Of a DNA stretch of 64,000 nt, positions 58,138-64,000 are shown one piece after another. The notes under the pieces are model-generated. The model had not been told where the DNA came from, did no database searches, and saw only the letters and a program-made list of their open reading frames with translations. Position numbers and translations under genes: made by a program. Source of the stretch: an uncultured Chlamydiales bacterium (GTDB lineage: Bacteria; Chlamydiota; Chlamydiia; Chlamydiales; Rhabdochlamydiaceae); the NCBI GenBank assembly GCA_963700985.1, contig OY969554.1, positions 448,001-512,000 of the forward strand, read 5' to 3'. Each line of letters starts with the position of its first letter. The stretch's first letter is position 1.

Positions 58138-59175
58138 ATGAAAAACTTCTCTGCTTTCCCAAAAGCCTACACATTTGATGATGTAGCGCTTGTGCCTCAA
58201 TTCAATAACGTCCCATCGCGCACAGAACCTGTGCTCGAGACGTGGATGACTAAAAACCGCAAGATCGATATTCCGCTGATCTGCGCAAACATGGATACGG
58301 CTATTAGCGAAGAGCTTGCACAGCTACTTATTAAAGAGGGGAGTCTGCCGATTTTCCATCGCTTCACCGATTTCGAGACGCAAAAGAAATGGGTGAAAAA
58401 ATTTGGCGAGAACACCTTTATTTCATGTGGCATACAAAAGCTCGATGAAACACGCGCGCTGCTCGATGCCGGTGCTTGTGGCGTTTGCATCGATGTGGCT
58501 CACGGACACTCCGATCGCATGTTTCAATTTATTCAGGAACTCAAACGCACACATCCAGATAAAGAGATCATCGCGGGCAATGTCTGCACAGCCATGGCCT
58601 ATCACGATCTAGTCAATGCCGGTGCCGATGCAGTCAAAGTTGGTGTGGGCCCAGGCGCGGCTTGCACAACGCGCATGGTCACAGGTTTTGGCGTGCCTCA
58701 ATTCAGTGCTATTTATGACTGCGCGCAGATCGCCGAAAAGTTGCGCGTTCCGCTAATTGCTGATGGCGGTATACGCACCAGCCGCGATGTCGTGCTTGCA
58801 CTTGCAGCAGGAGCTAGCACCGTCATGATCGGTAAGCTTTTTGCGCTTACCAATGAGAGCGCCGCTACAAAACGCAAGTCTGATGAATCATCCACAGGCC
58901 TGGAAGCTAAATTCCGTGGCCAGGCAAGTGAAGATTTTCAAAATGACTATTATGGTGGGCTTAAAGACAAAACAGTGGCCGAAGGCATCGATTTCTGGGC
59001 CCCTGTTTCCGGCAGTGCCACACAGCTTCTGCGAGATCTTCTCGGCGGCTTGCGCAGTGGCCTTACTTATGGCGGCGCGCGTAACATTAAAGAACTGCAG
59101 CGCAAAGCGGAGTTTGTCGAAGTCACTTCAACGTACATGCACGAAAGCCGTCCACGACCAACCAGACATTTTTGA
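58138..59175 (+). CDS. IMP dehydrogenase / GMP reductase family protein lacking CBS domains
   Basis: [63 protein letters not shown] versus GMPR not resolved. Confidence 0.88.
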   Translation: MKNFSAFPKAYTFDDVALVPQFNNVPSRTEPVLETWMTKNRKIDIPLICANMDTAISEELAQLLIKEGSLPIFHRFTDFETQKKWVKKFGENTFISCGIQKLDETRALLDAGACGVCIDVAHGHSDRMFQFIQELKRTHPDKEIIAGNVCTAMAYHDLVNAGADAVKVGVGPGAACTTRMVTGFGVPQFSAIYDCAQIAEKLRVPLIADGGIRTSRDVVLALAAGASTVMIGKLFALTNESAATKRKSDESSTGLEAKFRGQASEDFQNDYYGGLKDKTVAEGIDFWAPVSGSATQLLRDLLGGLRSGLTYGGARNIKELQRKAEFVEVTSTYMHESRPRPTRHF

Positions 59176-60428
59176 TGTACCAAAGAAAGATCTACGACGC
59201 TGTTCACGGATTTATTCGGTTTAACGATCTAGAACGAGACTTGATCGATTCTGAGCCCTTCCAAAGATTGCACTACTTGCACCAGTTAGGCATAGCTTAT
59301 CTGGTTTATCCGGGCGCCACGCACACACGCTTCGAGCATTCACTCGGCGTAATGGAACTCGCTACGCGCATTTTCGATCGCATCACCTCTAAAAACACAT
59401 TTTCGTGGCAAGCAGAAGACCTTGAATATTGGAGACAGATCATTCGCTTAGCAGCGCTCTGCCACGACTTAGGCCACTTGCCTTTTTCGCATGTAGCCGA
59501 AAAAGCCCTTTTGGGAAAAGCTGGGCATGAGAAGTGGACACTCGACATCATTAGCAGTGACACACTTGCGCCCGTCTTTCAGAAATTAAAACACCTTTAT
59601 CCCGAACGCCCGTGTGTGAATGATGTGATCAAGATGTCCATCGGTGAGGAGAAACTCGCGGTCATCGAGCCGGGCAAATGGTCATTCTGGCCCTGGGAAC
59701 GCGTGCTGTGTCAGGTGATTACTGGCGATTTTTTTGGAGCCGATCGCATCGATTATCTCTTGCGCGATGCCAAGTGCACTGGCGTCTCTTATGGCCTGTT
59801 TGATTATCACCAACTGATCGAGATGCTCTGTATTTTGCCTTCCAAGCAAAAAGATGCTCTCGAACTTGGCATCGAAGAAAATGGCATCCAGTCGTGCGAA
59901 GCACTGCTCTTGGCACGCCACTTCATGCATAAACGCGTTTATCAATACTCTTCGGTGAAAGCCTACTCGTTCCACTTATCCCGCTTTATCCGCGCTCTGG
60001 CAGCTAAAAATGGCCTCTTTCAAGATTTAGAAGGCTATCTCTCACTTACGGAAAATGAGATCCTTGCCAGCCTACGCAGTGCGGTTAAAAATCCCCAGGC
60101 GCCAGGACATCAGGATGCTGTTTGCCTGATGCAGCGCCATAAACGTTTTCGAGCACTTCAAGTGGGAGAGCACGTGAATGAAGCTCTTTTAATGGATGCC
60201 AAGAAAGAATTTGAAATCCCCGATAATTCGATTGCCTGGGATCTTAACCATAAAAAATCTCTTACTACATTAGTTCAAGGATTGACTTTTCCCGTCTTAA
60301 CTGCGCAGCAAACCATCACTTCTGCAGATACTCTTTCTGATATTGCAATCCCTTTAGGATCAGTAAGTTGGGTTTATATTTCTCCCGTCTTCGAAGAAAA
60401 GGTTCGAACGAAATTGGAAAGCATTTAA
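59175..60428 (+). CDS. HD-domain phosphohydrolase (SAMHD1/dNTP triphosphohydrolase-like)
   Basis: D.VHG, FQRL...QLG, HTRFEHSLG, HDLGH.PFSH, ADRIDYLLRD, VY. Confidence 0.9.
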   Translation: MYQRKIYDAVHGFIRFNDLERDLIDSEPFQRLHYLHQLGIAYLVYPGATHTRFEHSLGVMELATRIFDRITSKNTFSWQAEDLEYWRQIIRLAALCHDLGHLPFSHVAEKALLGKAGHEKWTLDIISSDTLAPVFQKLKHLYPERPCVNDVIKMSIGEEKLAVIEPGKWSFWPWERVLCQVITGDFFGADRIDYLLRDAKCTGVSYGLFDYHQLIEMLCILPSKQKDALELGIEENGIQSCEALLLARHFMHKRVYQYSSVKAYSFHLSRFIRALAAKNGLFQDLEGYLSLTENEILASLRSAVKNPQAPGHQDAVCLMQRHKRFRALQVGEHVNEALLMDAKKEFEIPDNSIAWDLNHKKSLTTLVQGLTFPVLTAQQTITSADTLSDIAIPLGSVSWVYISPVFEEKVRTKLESI

Positions 60429-60520
60429 TCCGCTTCTAATCATCTATGCAAATCTTAGACTTAAATCCAAATTTTTGATAAAATTTTTCTATTGTTAATT
60501 ATCTTTAAGCAAGGAAGTTT

Positions 60521-61159
60521 ATGTCAGGCCCTGCTCCAGTAACGTATGCCAATTTTGTTGATCAGACCAATTTGGGAAACACAGAATTACCTGCATATGT
60601 TTCGAATTCTCTTAATGCACACGAAGATGCTTCTTGTTGCAGCTGCTTTTCATCAGTAGCTTTGATCTTTCAGAGCTTTTTAGCAGCCTGCTCTACGCTC
60701 TTTCGTATGATCGGAGAAGCGCTTGGAATTATCAAATCAACAACTGAGCCCGATCATGCTCCGCCTAAGTCTAGAAACGCAACTGCGCCTGTATTGCCCC
60801 AAACCCCGCTAGAAAAAAACATCTCTACTTTAGAGAAATTCACTAATGATTGGTGTGGTAACGAAGCGGGCAATGATTGGGACTTTGAAAAGGATGGTTG
60901 GGCGATGATTGCGGATTTTAATAAACTAGATAATGAAGCGAAAAAAATTGTGCGCGATTACATGCTCGAGTATTGCCCTGGCATGGTGCGCGCGCAAGAA
61001 GAAGTTCTTGCGAATGCTCAAGGCGTTGAAGTAGATGATAATCACACCTATCAAAATGCTGCCATAGACAGAATCTCGCTGTATGGCTTACCAGACACCT
61101 GTAAAGAGATGCTCAAAAATCATCTCCAATCTCTCAAGTTATTAAGACAAGTTAATTAA
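60521..61159 (+). CDS. Cys-cluster family protein 1 (hypothetical, putative effector)
   Basis: DASCCSC...FRMIGEALG, followed by an F...W...DG..M.ADF..L domain. Confidence 0.65.
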   Translation: MSGPAPVTYANFVDQTNLGNTELPAYVSNSLNAHEDASCCSCFSSVALIFQSFLAACSTLFRMIGEALGIIKSTTEPDHAPPKSRNATAPVLPQTPLEKNISTLEKFTNDWCGNEAGNDWDFEKDGWAMIADFNKLDNEAKKIVRDYMLEYCPGMVRAQEEVLANAQGVEVDDNHTYQNAAIDRISLYGLPDTCKEMLKNHLQSLKLLRQVN

Positions 61160-62124
61160 TATAAAAAAACAAACAACAAACAAGGAAGATTTTATGTCAC
61201 ATGTGCAAGGTTTAGGAGCCGCTTCTCGAGGTGGATTTGACGAAACAATAAGAACGAATGCTCAAGACCAAATTCTGCCTCAACCTAATCTGGAATTCCC
61301 AGATCACATTGACGCCAGCGCTGACGCTTCATGCTGCAGCTGTCTTTCGTCGGTTACTGCTTTCTTTCAAAGCTTTTGGGAAGGATGCTGCTCATTATTT
61401 CGCATGATCGGAGAAGCGCTTGGAATTATCAAATCAACAACTGAGCCTGATCATGCTCCGCCTAAGTCTAGAAACGCAACTGCGCCTGTATTGCCCCAAA
61501 CCCCGCTGGAAAAAAACATCTCTACTTTAGAGAAATTCACTAATCATTGGTGTGGTAACGAAGCGGGCAATGATTGGGACTTTGAAAAGGATGGTTGGGC
61601 GATGATTGCGGATTTTAATAAACTAGATAATGAAGCGAAAAAAATTGTGCGCGATCACATGCTCGAGTATTGCCCTGGTCTGGTGCGCGCGCAAGAAGAA
61701 GTTCTTGCGAATGTTCAAGGCGTTGAAGTAGATGATAATCACACCTATCAAAATGCTGCCATAGACAAAATCTCGCTGCTGTATGGCTTACCAGGCACCT
61801 GTAAAGAGATGCTCAAAAATCATCTCCAATCTCTCAAGTTATTAAGACAAGTTAATTAATATAAAAAAACAAACAACAAACAAGGAAGATTTTATGTCAC
61901 ATGTGCAAGGTTTAGGAGCCGCTTCTCGAGGTGGATTTGACGAAACAATAGGAATGAATGCTCAAGATCAAATTCTGCCTCAACCTAATCTGAAATTCCC
62001 AGATCACATTGACGCCAGCACTGACGCTTCATGCTGCAGCTGTCTTTCGTCGGTTACTGCTTTCTTTCAAAGTTTTTGGGAAGGGTGCTGCTCATTATTT
62101 CGCATGATCGGCGAAGCGCTTGGA
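60701..62124 (+). repeat. About 700-bp near-identical tandem duplication
   Basis: 60701-61397 recurs from 61398 (offset 697, then 700 after a 3-nt insertion); identical intergenic spacers at 61160 and 61860. Confidence 0.9.
61194..61859 (+). CDS. Cys-cluster family protein 2 (chimera of proteins 3 and 1)
   Basis: N-terminus nearly identical to 61894; C-terminus nearly identical to 60521. Confidence 0.7.
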   Translation: MSHVQGLGAASRGGFDETIRTNAQDQILPQPNLEFPDHIDASADASCCSCLSSVTAFFQSFWEGCCSLFRMIGEALGIIKSTTEPDHAPPKSRNATAPVLPQTPLEKNISTLEKFTNHWCGNEAGNDWDFEKDGWAMIADFNKLDNEAKKIVRDHMLEYCPGLVRAQEEVLANVQGVEVDDNHTYQNAAIDKISLLYGLPGTCKEMLKNHLQSLKLLRQVN

Positions 62125-62829
62125 CTCACAACCTCTGCACCTGAGCAGAATCCTGTTTTAGATCAGAAAATTCTAAAGCTCGCAGCTTTTATCAATAAGT
62201 GGGAAAACCCGTATGAGTTTAATCCTTATATAGAAGGAGAACAGATGCTTGTTGATTTTAATCAACTTGATGAAACTATAAAAGTTAGCATAAGAGCAGC
62301 TTATAAAAATCATTATAATGACGGATTTTTTAAGCATCAGGTGAACTGGAAAACTGATGAGCTGGCAAAGCAAGCAGGAGAGGAAGCCGGTGCGAGTAGT
62401 CGGATGAAATATCAAAATGCAGCGATTGATTATTTCATACAGAATAATCCGCTGAGCAATGTAAAAGGGCTTACAGCAACGCTGGGAGATTGTCTCGATG
62501 CTAAAACCAGACCGTTAACAGCTAGAAAAATTGAATTACCAGCTGCGATTAAAGAAGCGAAGCTCAGAAGTGAGATTAGAAAAATAGCAGAATTTATGAG
62601 TAAGTGGTCTCAGCATAACTATTCAATCTTTTGGAATAAGGATACAGATGGAGCTGCACTCCTTGCTGATCTCCATGCATTACCCATGGAAACGCAGCTA
62701 GCTATTTTTGGCATTGAGAGAGATGATGAACTCTCTCTACATCCCTTAGACGACCAGATGCTAACCTTGCTTGAAACACGATTAATTAGGATGCAACAGA
62801 AACTCCTCCATGCTGCTGTTGAGGGTTAG
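61894..62829 (+). CDS. Cys-cluster family protein 3 (two copies of the family domain)
   Basis: DASCCSC...EGCC..FRMIGEALG; FINKW...G.QML.DF..L and FMSKW...DG..LLADL..L. Confidence 0.65.
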   Translation: MSHVQGLGAASRGGFDETIGMNAQDQILPQPNLKFPDHIDASTDASCCSCLSSVTAFFQSFWEGCCSLFRMIGEALGLTTSAPEQNPVLDQKILKLAAFINKWENPYEFNPYIEGEQMLVDFNQLDETIKVSIRAAYKNHYNDGFFKHQVNWKTDELAKQAGEEAGASSRMKYQNAAIDYFIQNNPLSNVKGLTATLGDCLDAKTRPLTARKIELPAAIKEAKLRSEIRKIAEFMSKWSQHNYSIFWNKDTDGAALLADLHALPMETQLAIFGIERDDELSLHPLDDQMLTLLETRLIRMQQKLLHAAVEG

Positions 62830-62855
62830 AAGCAATCCTTAAGTTAACTTTTCTT

Positions 62856-62910
62856 AGCCGCGTTAAGAGGGTGTCTACAAAGTAGACACCCTCTTAACGC
62901 GGCTTTTTTT
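62856..62910 (+). terminator. Long perfect-stem terminator
   Basis: 23-bp perfect stem agccgcgttaagagggtgtctac / gtagacaccctcttaacgcggct, 3-nt loop, T-run. Confidence 0.8.
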
Positions 62911-62998
62911 GTTTTCCGAATTAAACAAAAGTTTTTAGGTGATGCATTAACTAATTCTATGGGAGAATATCCCGAATTAATTCTTTAAAGTGTGCAAC

Positions 62999-63646
62999 AT
63001 GCTAAAAAGTATTCAAGATGCATCTAGGCTCAAGCAAGAGACCTTTACAGCAACACCAGTTAGGAGAGATACATCTTCGAGTTCTCAAGGCTTAGCACAA
63101 GTGCGAGATACACAAGCGTCGGGTAACTTGGGTGCGATTACAACTTGGAACTGCCTTTCATGCATAATCGATTTTATCGATGGAATTTTCTGCTGTTGTT
63201 GCTCATGTTTCCGTTCAATGGCCGAAACTCTTGGTTGGATTGATCCTCTTGATAAGCCTGATCCCCACGCAGCTTTAAAGCAGGCATTAAGCCTGGCATG
63301 CGCAGAAAAGATGCAACACCACGTAAACATAAACCTCTTCATCAAAAATTGGTGCTATTGGACGGATGAAAATACGTGGGATCCTGCTGTGCAGGGGGCG
63401 CAGATGCTTCAAGATTTTCGCAAATTAGAATTGCCCTTACAGACAGCGGTATATGCAGTTGTTTATGGAAAAGAACGCGAGCTCATCGACAGCTGGGCCG
63501 GTACATTTGTTCAAAAAATTGAGTATTACATGCAACACGTGCCCCCCAACAATTCGAGCATGCGAGCAATATTAGGGAATTTAGCCAAACCCTATTTAGA
63601 CGAATCAGAAAAGCTCTTAGCTCAACTTCAAAGTTTAACCTCTTAA
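62999..63646 (+). CDS. Cys-cluster family protein 4
   Basis: NCLSC...FCCCCSCFRSMAETLG; FIKNWC...WD...G.QMLQDFRKL. Confidence 0.6.
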   Translation: MLKSIQDASRLKQETFTATPVRRDTSSSSQGLAQVRDTQASGNLGAITTWNCLSCIIDFIDGIFCCCCSCFRSMAETLGWIDPLDKPDPHAALKQALSLACAEKMQHHVNINLFIKNWCYWTDENTWDPAVQGAQMLQDFRKLELPLQTAVYAVVYGKERELIDSWAGTFVQKIEYYMQHVPPNNSSMRAILGNLAKPYLDESEKLLAQLQSLTS

Positions 63647-63756
63647 CTATTTTTTGAAGTGCGGAGACTCGTCTCCGCTATCATAGACATCGACTTGTCG
63701 ATGTTTTTTTTAGATCCTAAGGTGATTTGATTCTTGCTTTAGTTTATAATGACATT

Positions 63757-64000
63757 ATGTTTAACAAAGCTTTAGCTGCCATTAAAGAAGAGCTCAGCGG
63801 ATTTTCTAAAAAAGAGTTGCTGTTTACCTTCAGCGCCATGCTCTGCGGCTTCTTGATTGCCTCGGATTATGCGATCATACGCCCAGTCAGTAACTCTTTA
63901 TTTATTTTTTCTTATGGGTCGAGCTTTTTTCCTTACGCTTGGCTTGCCACCGTACCGCTGAATTTTCTCATCGTAGCCCTCTATAATCGCTTTTTACCGC
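63757..64000 (+). CDS. Npt/TLC (ATP/ADP translocase-family) nucleotide transporter, 5' part, truncated by the window end
   Basis: MFNKALAAIKEELSGFSKKELLFTFSAMLCGFLIASDYAIIRPVSNSLFI..G...FPYAWL..VP...LIVALYNRF; Y.I.RP...L motif. Confidence 0.65.
   Translation, partial: MFNKALAAIKEELSGFSKKELLFTFSAMLCGFLIASDYAIIRPVSNSLFIFSYGSSFFPYAWLATVPLNFLIVALYNRFLP

Overview
Chromosomal segment of an environmental Chlamydiota (Chlamydiae) bacterium. The assignment is inferred from chlamydial gene order (recF-dnaN-smpB without dnaA; leuS-waaA), an Npt/TLC-type nucleotide transporter, Inc-like proteins and F-box/LRR proteins. Housekeeping genes (tag, glmS, tdh-kbl, csp, exbBD, trmB, pgi, recF, dnaN, smpB, leuS, waaA, cydAB, IMPDH/GMPR, four tRNAs) are interleaved with many orphan, effector-like genes. 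The most striking feature is a 12.3-kb array beside tRNA-Leu (16.5-28.8 kb). It alternates four paralogous permuted-papain (His...NC) membrane-anchored enzymes with two giant MGDG-synthase-like GT28 glycosyltransferases. A second, unrelated pair of papain-like protease plus EarP-like GT-B enzyme lies behind tRNA-Met and a 3x124-bp tRNA-linked repeat (51-54 kb). Also present: a herpes-tegument-like (VTD/C76) deubiquitinase candidate, a recently duplicated Cys-rich gene family with a chimeric member, a missed 32-aa Lys-rich ORF, an RPE-like MITE, several palindromic intergenic repeat families, and four single-nucleotide gene lesions. No integrase, transposase, rRNA or CRISPR array was seen. All family assignments come from motif reading by eye; no searches were run.
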